A stretch of DNA of 64,000 nt. It comes from an uncultured archaeon. GTDB lineage: Archaea > Nanobdellota > Nanobdellia > Pacearchaeales > GW2011-AR1. The stretch is taken from NCBI GenBank assembly GCA_903866625.1, contig CAIPOI010000005.1, positions 16,371 through 80,370 of the forward strand. Direction: 5' to 3'. Both the position numbers and the translations under genes were made by a program. Every line of letters begins with the position of its first letter. The first letter of the stretch is position 1. The notes beneath the pieces are model-generated. The model ran no database searches. It was not told the DNA's origin and saw nothing but the letters and a program-made list of their open reading frames with translations. Positions 19,204-27,623 of this stretch are shown here, piece by piece.

Positions 19204-19752
19204 ATGAGAAATTTATTAGATAATAAAAAAGGTGCAGAGATGACTATTGGAACTATTATAGTTATAATTCTTGCTCTTGTTGTTTTAGTATTTCTAATAT
19301 TTAGCTTTACAAAAACTGGAGGAAGCTTAATGGATAATGTTAAGAATTTCTTTGGAGGAGGAAGTAACATAGATAGTATAAAAAATGCTTGTCAAACTGC
19401 TTGCATTACTAAGAGTTCTTATGAGTATAATGATGTTATAAGAGAAATTAGATGGGATACTAAGACCAAGGCGATGGCTAGTTGTAAAGAGTTAGAAGTT
19501 GGAAAAGTTGCTAAGTGTGCTACGCCTGATGGCAAGGTAATTTTGACTCCTACTACTAACTCAGACCAAACTCCAGAACAAAATTGCTTAGATATGAATA
19601 AACAGTTTAAATGGAATACTAATGATAAGGCGAAACCCGTTTGTGAATTGAATGGGGAGCTAAAATCTGATATCCTTTCTGAATCTCAATGTAAGGCTGT
19701 TTGGTTCCCTGCATTTAGTAAGATAGAAGGCATTGCTTGTTCAGAAATTTAA
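19204..19752 (+). CDS. pilin-like protein (class III signal peptide, Cys-rich C-terminal domain)
   Basis: LDNKKG|AEMTIGTIIVIILALVVLVFLIF; the C-terminal half carries 8 Cys. Confidence 0.55.
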   Translation: MRNLLDNKKGAEMTIGTIIVIILALVVLVFLIFSFTKTGGSLMDNVKNFFGGGSNIDSIKNACQTACITKSSYEYNDVIREIRWDTKTKAMASCKELEVGKVAKCATPDGKVILTPTTNSDQTPEQNCLDMNKQFKWNTNDKAKPVCELNGELKSDILSESQCKAVWFPAFSKIEGIACSEI

Positions 19753-19796
19753 TTCTCTTTGAGAATATTTTTAAACTAACCTTACCTGAATGAAAT

Positions 19797-19937
19797 ATGT
19801 CAGATGATTATGGTTATAGTGAAAGAAGAAATAAGGGCAAAGATAAATCTAAACGAAGAAAACTTTTTCCATATAGAAAGGGTGGAAAGTTTAGAACTCG
19901 TGAAGATGCTAATGCTAATGGGGTTTTAACTAAATAA
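19797..19937 (+). CDS. possible 46-aa basic small protein
   Basis: Translation by hand: MSDDYGYSERRNKGKDKSKRRKLFPYRKGGKFRTREDANANGVLTK. It is very basic; no homology was recognised, so it is speculative. Confidence 0.2.
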   Translation: MSDDYGYSERRNKGKDKSKRRKLFPYRKGGKFRTREDANANGVLTK

Positions 19938-19957
19938 GAATAATACGCTTAATAAAA

Positions 19958-20836
19958 ATGGTGATATATCTGCTTTCTAGTTACTTAGATATTAGTTCTG
20001 CTTTTCAGATAGATAGTTTTGAAAATAATTTTTTGGTTATTATGGGGCTTATTTGGATTGTTTGTGCAGTCATTCAAGATTTTAGGAAGCGAGAGGTTGC
20101 CAATTGGTGGAATTTCTCGCTTATAGTTCTCGCTTTGAGTTTTAGGGCATTTGTTAGTATAAATCAGGGTAGTTGGAGTTATCTATTATGGGGCTTATTT
20201 GGATTGGCTTGTGGATTTCTCGTGCATAATCTCTTTTATTATGCGAGGATATTTGCTGGCGGAGACGCAAAACTTCTCTTAGCTTTATGTACAATTTTAC
20301 CTTTTGGTTTAGAATGGAGACTAAATCTTGCGATTCTACTCATTTATTTAGTGTTAATACTAATTTCTGGGGCAGTTTATGGCTTGGTTTATAGTCTAAT
20401 TTTAGTTATAATGCATTTCAAAAGCTTTTCAAAAGAGTTCGGTGTTGTTTTTAGAGTAAATAAGAAGGCTATTCTATTTATGCTATTATTTTCTTTAATT
20501 CTTGGAACTATTTTTTATTATCTTAATTTTATACTTGGAGTTATGCTTTGTGCACTTCTGTTCTTTACTCCATTTTTATTAGTTTCTGCTAAGTCTATTG
20601 AAAAAACATGTATGATAAAAGAAGTAAAAGTAAAAGACTTGACTATCGGAGATTGGACTGTAAATCCTCTTAGTGTCGGAAAGCGAACAATAAATCCTAA
20701 TTGGGAGGGTTTAAGTGAGAAAGAGATAAAGATTATTAAAAATAAACTTAATAAGAATAAAAAAGTAATTGTTAGAGAAGGAATACCTTTTACTCCTTCA
20801 TTTTTATTTGCTTTGATTCTGTTAGTCTGGATTTAA
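19958..20836 (+). CDS. prepilin/preflagellin peptidase (A24 family, PibD/FlaK-like)
   Basis: Polytopic, with a first-loop Asp (VIQDFRKRE) and the second catalytic-Asp motif FAGGDAKLLLALC (GGDxKL), at the end of the pilin cluster. Confidence 0.7.
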   Translation: MVIYLLSSYLDISSAFQIDSFENNFLVIMGLIWIVCAVIQDFRKREVANWWNFSLIVLALSFRAFVSINQGSWSYLLWGLFGLACGFLVHNLFYYARIFAGGDAKLLLALCTILPFGLEWRLNLAILLIYLVLILISGAVYGLVYSLILVIMHFKSFSKEFGVVFRVNKKAILFMLLFSLILGTIFYYLNFILGVMLCALLFFTPFLLVSAKSIEKTCMIKEVKVKDLTIGDWTVNPLSVGKRTINPNWEGLSEKEIKIIKNKLNKNKKVIVREGIPFTPSFLFALILLVWI

Positions 20837-20837
20837 G

Positions 20838-21356
20838 ATGAAGAAAAAATTATCAGCTTATATAATAATTGATATTGTGCTTATATTTGTTTTACTTTTA
20901 ATGATTTTTTTATTAATCAGACAAATTCTTCCAAGGCAGGTAGATGATTTTTCTCCAGGTATATTTTGCGAGCCTGAAGTGGTTGAGAAAAGCCAAATTT
21001 TGATGGTTGTCCCTATTTTTGAGAATGTTTCTATAGCAGATAATAAAACTTGGTGCGAGCAAACTTTGGCATTGAATAAAACTCTTGGTCTGCATGGAGT
21101 TTATCATACTTATAATGAATTTTTAACTCCTCGCGATAAAGAGTATATTCAAAAAGGTATGGAAGAGTTTATAAAATGCTTTGGTTATTATCCTAAGATA
21201 TTTGAAGCTCCGCAATTAGCTCTTTCTAGAATTAATGAGAAGACTCTTAGGGGGTTGAATTTAGAAGTTTATGGTTATCCTTTTCAATTAACTCATAAAG
21301 TTTATCATTGTTCGGATAGTGGCAAATATTCTAATAGATTTATAGATTTTGTTTAG
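20838..21356 (+). CDS. N-terminally membrane-anchored extracytoplasmic protein with a possible HGxxH deacetylase-like motif
   Basis: Its start overlaps the peptidase stop (ATGA); there is one N-terminal TM; LHGVYHTYNEF is weakly reminiscent of NodB/polysaccharide-deacetylase motif 2. This is a weak call. Confidence 0.35.
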   Translation: MKKKLSAYIIIDIVLIFVLLLMIFLLIRQILPRQVDDFSPGIFCEPEVVEKSQILMVVPIFENVSIADNKTWCEQTLALNKTLGLHGVYHTYNEFLTPRDKEYIQKGMEEFIKCFGYYPKIFEAPQLALSRINEKTLRGLNLEVYGYPFQLTHKVYHCSDSGKYSNRFIDFV

Positions 21357-21368
21357 ATTTAACAGGAT

Positions 21369-22067
21369 TTAAGGGATTCTTCGGTTGTATTTGAGCAGCT
21401 TTTTTTCTTGATTTTTATCTTCAGATTTGCTCTTTTCCTTATCTTCTGCTCTCTTTTTTTCTCTTTTAACTCTTGGTTTTTTTATCATCTGCCCTATTTT
21501 TTCTTTTAGTTCTTTTAACTCTTCCTTCTTTGCAGGTTTTCTTTGATAGTTTATTTTTTCTCCCTTGTATACTGGAATAATATTTATTATGGCATGCTTT
21601 AATTCATCAGAAGTATTTATTTCAAAATTTTCAGCTTCTAATTTTTTTATTAGGTGGTTTCCTATTTTTTTTGCTAGAGTTAGTGCTTTCGAGGGTAATA
21701 ATTTAGATTCTGCAAGGTGTTTTTTAGGAATTAGTATTGTATGGCCCCTAGAAAAAGGATTTATTTCTAGTGCTGCTAAATAATCTTCATCTTCATAGAT
21801 TATTAGGGATTCTATTTTCTTTCCTGCTATTAGACACATAATACATTTGGGTTCGCCGCTTTCTGGACTTTCTTCATCTTGTCCTGATGTTGGGTCTTCT
21901 CGGCCCTGTTGCATTTCTGCGTTCTTTTTTAGAAAGGCTTCAAGTTCTTCATTATTCATAGAAAGAATATATTGCTTGATTTGTTCCCTTTTTTCTTCAG
22001 GCAGTTGCTCTACTTGTTTTAAAATTTGTTCCTTTATGCTTTTTGCTTGTTCGTCGTTGATGGGCAT
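21369..22067 (-). CDS. HIT-like domain protein with a degenerate histidine triad and K/E-rich tails
   Basis: CIMCLIAGKKIESLIIYEDEDYLAALEINPFSRGHTILIPKKH is a classical HIT N-terminal core, but the HxHxHxx triad position reads INIIPVY. There are N-terminal acidic and C-terminal K/E-rich low-complexity tails. Confidence 0.5.
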   Translation of the reverse strand: MPINDEQAKSIKEQILKQVEQLPEEKREQIKQYILSMNNEELEAFLKKNAEMQQGREDPTSGQDEESPESGEPKCIMCLIAGKKIESLIIYEDEDYLAALEINPFSRGHTILIPKKHLAESKLLPSKALTLAKKIGNHLIKKLEAENFEINTSDELKHAIINIIPVYKGEKINYQRKPAKKEELKELKEKIGQMIKKPRVKREKKRAEDKEKSKSEDKNQEKKLLKYNRRIP

Positions 22068-22103
22068 AAAGAGAGTTAGAGAATTAGGTTAATAAATATT
22101 TGT

Positions 22104-22376
22104 TTATCCAAAAGCCTTTCTTATATCAAGAACTTCCACACTAGAAACATTAGCAATTTTTTGAAGTTCTGCTTCTAGCTTTTCAGTATCTATTTCATCA
22201 TTCCAAGCAAAGTTAAATATAATTGCACTTAAACCAAAAGCAATTGGTTCTTCTTCGAATTTAACCAAAGTTTTATGCATAGAGTTTATGATTCTTTCAA
22301 TATCTGCTTCTATTCTTTTAAGGTCTGCGCTAGGTGAATCAGGCATTATTTTCATTTGTACTGCTGTAAATCCCAT
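22104..22376 (-). CDS. translation elongation factor 1-beta (aEF-1B)
   Basis: 90 aa; MGFTAVQMKIMPDSP...FGLSAIIFNFAWNDE...VSSVEVLDIRKAFG matches archaeal EF-1 beta. Confidence 0.8.
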   Translation of the reverse strand: MGFTAVQMKIMPDSPSADLKRIEADIERIINSMHKTLVKFEEEPIAFGLSAIIFNFAWNDEIDTEKLEAELQKIANVSSVEVLDIRKAFG

Positions 22377-22666
22377 AAATCTTGTTTGTTAAAATGGTTT
22401 ATAAAAGTTTGGTTTTGGAATATCTGATTTTTAGAGTTAGAATTATTATCTTTTTAGAACAATAGTCTTTAAAAAGTCTGGAAAACAAAAATCATTAGAG
22501 GTAGTAAAAAGAGAAATTAAAATAACTTAAAAATCAACAAAAACCTTCGGTTTGAATCGAAGATTTTTAAGATTCAGAAAATTAAAATTCAAGAGATACA
22601 ATTTCTTGACTCTCCAACTCTTCGAGTTGAAGATTTTCTGACTGTTATTTTTCAAAGAAAAACAAC

Positions 22667-23602
22667 ATGATACAAGGAAATTATGAACAGATATTAAAGA
22701 TGATTTCTGAAGGTTCTAACCTTCCTGTAGAAGAAATTGAGCGAAGAATAGAGGCAAGAAGGGCAAAACTTTCCGGGTTAATTAGTAAGGAAGGAGCAGC
22801 CCAAATTGTTGCTTCTGAATTGGGAATAAGCTTTGATAAACAAAAACTAAAGATTTCTAATTTGCTTTCTGGAATGCGCAGAATAAACATTACTGGGAAA
22901 ATATTGAGAGTTAATAAAATTGTAGAGTATAATAAAAATGGTAGGAGCGGAAAGATTGCTAGTTTCTTGATAGCTGACGAAACAGGCAATATCCGAGTTG
23001 TTTTATGGGATGTTAATCATATACGACTTTTTGAGGTTGGAGAGATAAAAGAAGGAGATACTGTGGAGATTGCTAATGGAGATATAAGAAACGGAGAGTT
23101 ACATCTTTCAAGTTTTGCAGATATAAAACTTAGCCAAGCAGTAATAACTAATGTTCAAACAAAGCAGGCAGTTCAACATAAATCTTTAGATAAAGTCCAG
23201 ATGAATGATAGTATTTCTACTCGAGCATTCATAGTTCAAATATTTGGACCTACTTTTTATTTAGTTTGTCCAGAATGTAACAAAAAGGTATCTGAAACTG
23301 GAACTTGTGAGGCTCATGGTAAGGTGATTCCTAAAAAGAATGCTATTTTAACTTTGATTATAGATGATGGGACTAATAATATGCGAGCAGTTCTCTTTTC
23401 TGAACAAATTAAGAAGATAGTGAATAGTGATGAATTACCTAGTTCAGATTCTTTTATGGAAAAAAGAAATCTTTTAATTGGTTCAGAGGTAATTCTTGAG
23501 GGTAATGTTCGTAAGAATAAACTTTCTGAAAATCTTGAAATCTTTGTAAACTCTGTTGAAGAGATAAATTTGGACAGAGTAATAGAAGAGCTTGAAAAAT
23601 AG
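22667..23602 (+). CDS. replication factor A / RPA-like ssDNA-binding protein (OB fold plus zinc ribbon)
   Basis: OB-fold segment ITGKILRVNKIVEYNKNGRSGKIASFLIADETGNIRVVLWD, a second OB fold, then CPECNKKVSETGTCEAHG. Confidence 0.7.
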   Translation: MIQGNYEQILKMISEGSNLPVEEIERRIEARRAKLSGLISKEGAAQIVASELGISFDKQKLKISNLLSGMRRINITGKILRVNKIVEYNKNGRSGKIASFLIADETGNIRVVLWDVNHIRLFEVGEIKEGDTVEIANGDIRNGELHLSSFADIKLSQAVITNVQTKQAVQHKSLDKVQMNDSISTRAFIVQIFGPTFYLVCPECNKKVSETGTCEAHGKVIPKKNAILTLIIDDGTNNMRAVLFSEQIKKIVNSDELPSSDSFMEKRNLLIGSEVILEGNVRKNKLSENLEIFVNSVEEINLDRVIEELEK

Positions 23603-23637
23603 CAAGAATATTTAAATTTAAGAAATATAACTATTTT

Positions 23638-23961
23638 ATGGGATCTATTCAAATTAAAGGTTTAGAGGGATTAGAAGAAAGTGAAAAGAAAGTTCTTAAT
23701 GAATTAATTCAGAAACATCTTGAAAAAATTAAAAGAATGTTAAATAATGACTTTTTTTTAAAGATAGCTGTTAAGGTATATTCTAAGGATAAAGAAAATA
23801 AACAAAAAAGAAAAAGATATAGTTTAGATTTGGAATTAACTGGTGAAATTCCAAGAATATTTGCAAGCGCGGAAGAATGGGATTTAAACCAAAGCGTTCA
23901 CTTGGCATTCGGGAAACTGAGTAATGAGATTGAGCATAAATTTCATGTTAGTGAGAAATAG
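23638..23961 (+). CDS. hypothetical protein
   Basis: 107-aa ORF; no motif recognised. Confidence 0.4.
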   Translation: MGSIQIKGLEGLEESEKKVLNELIQKHLEKIKRMLNNDFFLKIAVKVYSKDKENKQKRKRYSLDLELTGEIPRIFASAEEWDLNQSVHLAFGKLSNEIEHKFHVSEK

Positions 23962-23966
23962 ATATT

Positions 23967-24605
23967 ATGGCTTCAATTATTGATTGGTACTCTTTAGATC
24001 ATTTGTTTTTGGGTTTTGTTATTGGTATGGCTTTAGTTTTTAGAAAATTTTCTTTTTTTAAATCTGGTTTAATTGCAGGTTTTTTAGTAGTTTTTTGGGA
24101 AGTTTATGAGAGAATCATGGGTGTTGGCGAGTCATATCTAAACAGCTTTTTTGATATTCTTTTAGGATTAGCTTTTTTTCTTTTAGGGTATTTTTTAGTT
24201 AAAAAGTATAAATTTGAATTTTTTAGGTTTAGATTTACTAGACACTCTAATTTTTTTGATATGTGGTCTTTAATACATTTGGGTTTTTGGGGTATTATCG
24301 CAGGTATTTTGTTATTTTTTGAGATAAATCTTATTATCACACTTCCTTTTTGCTTGATTATTATGATTATTTATGAATACTTTGAAAGAATTATAGGTGT
24401 TGGCGAGAAATTTATAAATTCTTTTGGAGATATCATTTTTAATCTCTTGGGATTCTTATTAATTTACCTATTAAACTTAAAATTTTCTTTTAGTAAGGAT
24501 AACCTTATTGGAATTGTTGTTAATTTCGGAATTATAGTTATGTTTTTATCTTTTTGGGGTCATGATCATTATAGAAATCATAAAAAGTCAAATAAAAAAA
24601 TCTAA
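23967..24605 (+). CDS. membrane protein with an internal duplication
   Basis: Two similar halves (...ERIMGVGESYLNSFFDILLGLAFFLLGY and ...ERIIGVGEKFINSFGDIIFNLLGFLLIY) show tandem internal duplication within a 6-TM protein. Confidence 0.45.
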   Translation: MASIIDWYSLDHLFLGFVIGMALVFRKFSFFKSGLIAGFLVVFWEVYERIMGVGESYLNSFFDILLGLAFFLLGYFLVKKYKFEFFRFRFTRHSNFFDMWSLIHLGFWGIIAGILLFFEINLIITLPFCLIIMIIYEYFERIIGVGEKFINSFGDIIFNLLGFLLIYLLNLKFSFSKDNLIGIVVNFGIIVMFLSFWGHDHYRNHKKSNKKI

Positions 24606-24637
24606 AAATAGAGTATCTATAGTTTTTTAGCAGTTAT

Positions 24638-24710
24638 GCCTGTATAGCTCAGTTGGTAGAGCGTTGCTTTCGTAAAGCAAAGGTCGGGAGTTCAATCCTC
24701 TCTACAGGCT
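24638..24710 (+). tRNA. tRNA-Thr (anticodon CGT)
   Basis: Hand-folded cloverleaf: acceptor GCCTGTA/TACAGGC, D arm GCTC-AGTTGGTA-GAGC, anticodon stem TTGCT/AGCAA with loop TTCGTAA, T arm GGGAG-TTCAATC-CTCTC; 73 nt. Confidence 0.85.
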
Positions 24711-24715
24711 TAAAA

Positions 24716-25108
24716 TTAGCAATGAGCATAGTGTGGTTTTTCTGGTTCATCAACTAAACCATATTTTGCTCTTAATATTCTACAAGAAATTTCAGTGTTT
24801 TTTAATTCAGGAATTTTTACAGAGTGCGTATTAAATTCTAAAAATTCAAATTGATTTAAAACTTGAACCAATCTTACCAGAGCACTTTGGAGTTCTTGCC
24901 TTGCCATTCTATCGAATTCTTTTGGTGAGGATTTCTTATGACTTAATCTTTCTCTTTCAGTTAAATGAATAAAGAAGTCCTTTAGAATTCTTTCATAGTT
25001 TTCTGGACCCAATTTGCTATAAACAATTAAATGTTCTTGGCTTGTCGGATTAAAACCTCTTTCAAGCATATCTCTTCTTACACTTTCGTCGAAGGTCTTG
25101 GTAGACAT
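24716..25108 (-). CDS. hypothetical protein
   Basis: 130-aa ORF that begins immediately after the tRNA; no motif recognised. Confidence 0.45.
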   Translation of the reverse strand: MSTKTFDESVRRDMLERGFNPTSQEHLIVYSKLGPENYERILKDFFIHLTERERLSHKKSSPKEFDRMARQELQSALVRLVQVLNQFEFLEFNTHSVKIPELKNTEISCRILRAKYGLVDEPEKPHYAHC

Positions 25109-25217
25109 AACTCTTCTTGGGTTTTTGGGCTTATATACCTTTTGATTTTTTCTGAAACTTTGAATATATATAACTGAAACAAATAATGCTTTTAAACTAA
25201 CAAAAATCTAATTAGTT

Positions 25218-26285
25218 ATGGTGTCATTAAAAGATATAAAAGAGGAAGTTATCTCTGGGGAAAAAGAAGAAGAGAAAGAAACAAAAAAGAAATCTAAGAA
25301 AGATAAAGAAGAAAAAGAATCTAAGGAAGCTAAAATTTCTGATTTGCCTGGAATAGGGCCTGGAACAGTACAAAAACTTGAAGATGCAGGGATTTATGAT
25401 TTAATGGGTGTGGCTGTACTTAGCCCCACTGATTTAAGTGAGATGGCAGGTCTTGGAGAAGCGGTAGCTAGAAAAGCTATTCAGGCTGCTAGAAAGATGA
25501 TGAACCTTGGGTTTCAAACAGGTGAAGAGTTTTCTGAGAAAAGAAAAGAAATAGTGTTTATTACAACAGGTAGTAAAAATTTAGATAATCTTTTGGGTGG
25601 AAAAGGTGTTGAAACTAAGGCTATAACTGAAGCATATGGTGCTTTTGGTTCGGGTAAATCTCAGTTAGGATTTACTCTAACCGTTAGAACTCAGCTGCCT
25701 ATTGAGATGGGCGGGGCTAATGGAAAAGCGGTTTTTGTTGATACAGAAGGAACATTTAGGCCTGAAAGAATAAGGCAGATTGCAAGTGGAATGGGTTTAA
25801 ATCCTGAGAATGTTCTCAAAAATATTTTTGTTGCTCGAGCATTTAATTCTGATCATCAAATTCTTTTATTGGATAAAGTTACCGAGATGATAAAAAATGG
25901 AGAGCCTATAAAACTTATAGTTATTGATTCTTTAACTGCACATTTTAGAGCAGAGTTTTCTGGAAGAGGGCAACTTGCAGATAGACAGCAGAAGTTGAAT
26001 AAATATTTGCATAATCTAATGAGATTAGCTGAACAGCATAATGTTGCAATTTATGTTACTAATCAGGTTATGTCTAATCCGGGAATGCTTTTTGGGGACC
26101 CTACAACAGCTATTGGTGGCAACATTGTTGGTCACGCTTCAACTTATAGAATTTATTTAAGAAAAGGTAAAAAAGGTTCAAGAGTTGCAAAGTTAATTGA
26201 TGCCCCAAACCTTCCTGAAAATGAAACTATATTCTTCTTGGGTCCTAAGGGCGTTACGGACGAAGAAACTGTAAGCGAGGATTAA
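25218..26285 (+). CDS. radA: DNA repair and recombination protein RadA
   Basis: N-terminal HhH (LPGIGPGTVQKLEDAGI), Walker A GAFGSGKSQ, Walker B LIVIDS, and a K/E-rich N-terminal extension. Confidence 0.9.
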   Translation: MVSLKDIKEEVISGEKEEEKETKKKSKKDKEEKESKEAKISDLPGIGPGTVQKLEDAGIYDLMGVAVLSPTDLSEMAGLGEAVARKAIQAARKMMNLGFQTGEEFSEKRKEIVFITTGSKNLDNLLGGKGVETKAITEAYGAFGSGKSQLGFTLTVRTQLPIEMGGANGKAVFVDTEGTFRPERIRQIASGMGLNPENVLKNIFVARAFNSDHQILLLDKVTEMIKNGEPIKLIVIDSLTAHFRAEFSGRGQLADRQQKLNKYLHNLMRLAEQHNVAIYVTNQVMSNPGMLFGDPTTAIGGNIVGHASTYRIYLRKGKKGSRVAKLIDAPNLPENETIFFLGPKGVTDEETVSED

Positions 26286-26287
26286 AT

Positions 26288-26554
26288 ATGCCAAGAAGTA
26301 GACTTTATTTAAGATTAGAAGATAGAGATCTTGGAAAGGTTTATGGAACTGTTGAAGAGGGTTTGGTCAAACTTCGAGGAATTGGAGAATTTAGAGTAGG
26401 TCATAATAGTTATGTAGTTTATCCTTCTAAGAGTAAACATGTTTGTGGTGCGCAAGGTTTTGGGGCTAGAGATAGTGATAGTTGTCCTGCTTGTATGCAT
26501 CGTCAAAGAGTAGACACAATTATGAGGGTTGTTGAAGGCATATTACAAAGTTAA
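26288..26554 (+). CDS. small Cys-containing hypothetical protein downstream of radA
   Basis: 88 aa, 2-nt gap after radA; contains CGAQG...CPACM. Confidence 0.4.
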   Translation: MPRSRLYLRLEDRDLGKVYGTVEEGLVKLRGIGEFRVGHNSYVVYPSKSKHVCGAQGFGARDSDSCPACMHRQRVDTIMRVVEGILQS

Positions 26555-26706
26555 ATTTGATTTTTTAACATAGTTTTTTAAACTCTTTTTATTTCTAAGC
26601 TCTTATGTCAGAAATTATTCAACTTTCTTTTTATTTCTGAGCATCCTAAAAACAAAGGGCCGTAAAAGCAATATCTTTAAAAATACGATGCCCTATTGTT
26701 TTTTTG

Positions 26707-27033
26707 ATGTTGCAATTTTGTCCGGTGTGCAAAAATCTTTTGCAGCTCAGAACTGAAGGTGATAAAAATATAGGTTTTTGTAGTTGTGGTTTTGTTAGAA
26801 CTTCTGGAATTATTTTAGAAGCTGATGATAATTCTAATAAACTTGTAGAAAAAGGTTCTGGTTCTGTTGACGAAAAGCAAAATACACTGGGGGTTGAGAG
26901 AATATGTAAGAAATGCGGTTATAATCAAGCAGAGGCCTCAGAAATAGCTGCAAATGAGGCTAATATTTTTATTTTCAAATGTTTGAAATGCGGATTTACT
27001 GATAGGGAAACTCAAGGGAGCTCTAAATTCTAG
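26707..27033 (+). CDS. TFS/RpoM-family double zinc-ribbon protein
   Basis: N-terminal CPVCKNLL...CSCG and C-terminal CKKCGYNQ...CLKCGF ribbons; it lacks the canonical RSADE acidic hairpin, so it may be RpoM or Rpb9-like rather than cleavage factor TFS. The ATG at 26707 is preferred over the TTG of the ORF track. Confidence 0.5.
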   Translation: MLQFCPVCKNLLQLRTEGDKNIGFCSCGFVRTSGIILEADDNSNKLVEKGSGSVDEKQNTLGVERICKKCGYNQAEASEIAANEANIFIFKCLKCGFTDRETQGSSKF

Positions 27034-27116
27034 TTTACAATTGAATTTATCTTCTCTTTTTTTGTTCAAAATTGTAGTAGCATAGTTTTAAAAACTCAAC
27101 TGTTATATTTTTTCTC

Positions 27117-27464
27117 ATGGAAAATGGTGTAGCATTAGATTTTGTGGGTGTACATAACAAGACTAAATTGAGTAATGTATCTTTTTTAACACCTTTTTTT
27201 CGTTTAGATCGAATCGGTTTAGAAATTCAACTTGCAAATTTGAAAAGAAAGTATCAAAGACAATACACTTTTGGAGGAAGAGAAATTCCAACCTATCAAG
27301 AAGTTTTAAAAGAAGATTTAGATGCTCTAAGAGGAATTTCTGGTGCGATACAGCCTCTTTTAAGCCATTCTAATGAGTGTGCGCTTCCAATCTTTCATGA
27401 AAGAGTTTTAAGCTTAAGGGAAAACTTAGAAAAGTTTTGTGCTTATGTTGGTGTTGAGCTCTGA
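27117..27464 (+). CDS. hypothetical protein
   Basis: 115-aa ORF; no motif recognised. Confidence 0.4.
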   Translation: MENGVALDFVGVHNKTKLSNVSFLTPFFRLDRIGLEIQLANLKRKYQRQYTFGGREIPTYQEVLKEDLDALRGISGAIQPLLSHSNECALPIFHERVLSLRENLEKFCAYVGVEL

Positions 27465-27480
27465 TTTTAAAATTGAGTTA

Positions 27481-27554
27481 TGGGCAAGCGAGGATTTGAA
27501 CCCCGGTTCCAACCTCCGCAAGGTCGTGTTCTATCCAGGCTGAACTACTCGCCC
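27481..27554 (-). tRNA. tRNA-Arg (anticodon GCG)
   Basis: Reverse complement folds: acceptor GGGCGAG/CTTGCCC (one G.U pair), D arm GTTC-AGCCTGGATA-GAAC, anticodon stem CGACC/GGTTG with loop TTGCGGA, T arm CGGGG-TTCAAAT-CCTCG. Confidence 0.85.
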
Positions 27555-27623
27555 AATGTTTATCTCAGTTCATAAATATTTAAAAGCTTAAGCTTTTTAG
27601 AAATATTAGGTGATAAAAATAAA

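Noticed and set aside
22573-22583. CAGAAAATT 9-mer shared by three intergenic regions as a significant motif.
   Set aside because: With roughly 35% A, 35% T, 15% G and 15% C, about 2 chance occurrences are expected on the two strands of 64 kb. Three occurrences are therefore not significant by count alone. Only the palindromic symmetry of two of the sites is reported.
26707-27033. Calling the double zinc-ribbon protein definitively transcript cleavage factor TFS.
   Set aside because: The C-terminal ribbon lacks the invariant acidic RSADE hairpin needed for cleavage stimulation. It may be an RpoM/Rpb9-like subunit or a TFS paralog, so the call is kept at family level.
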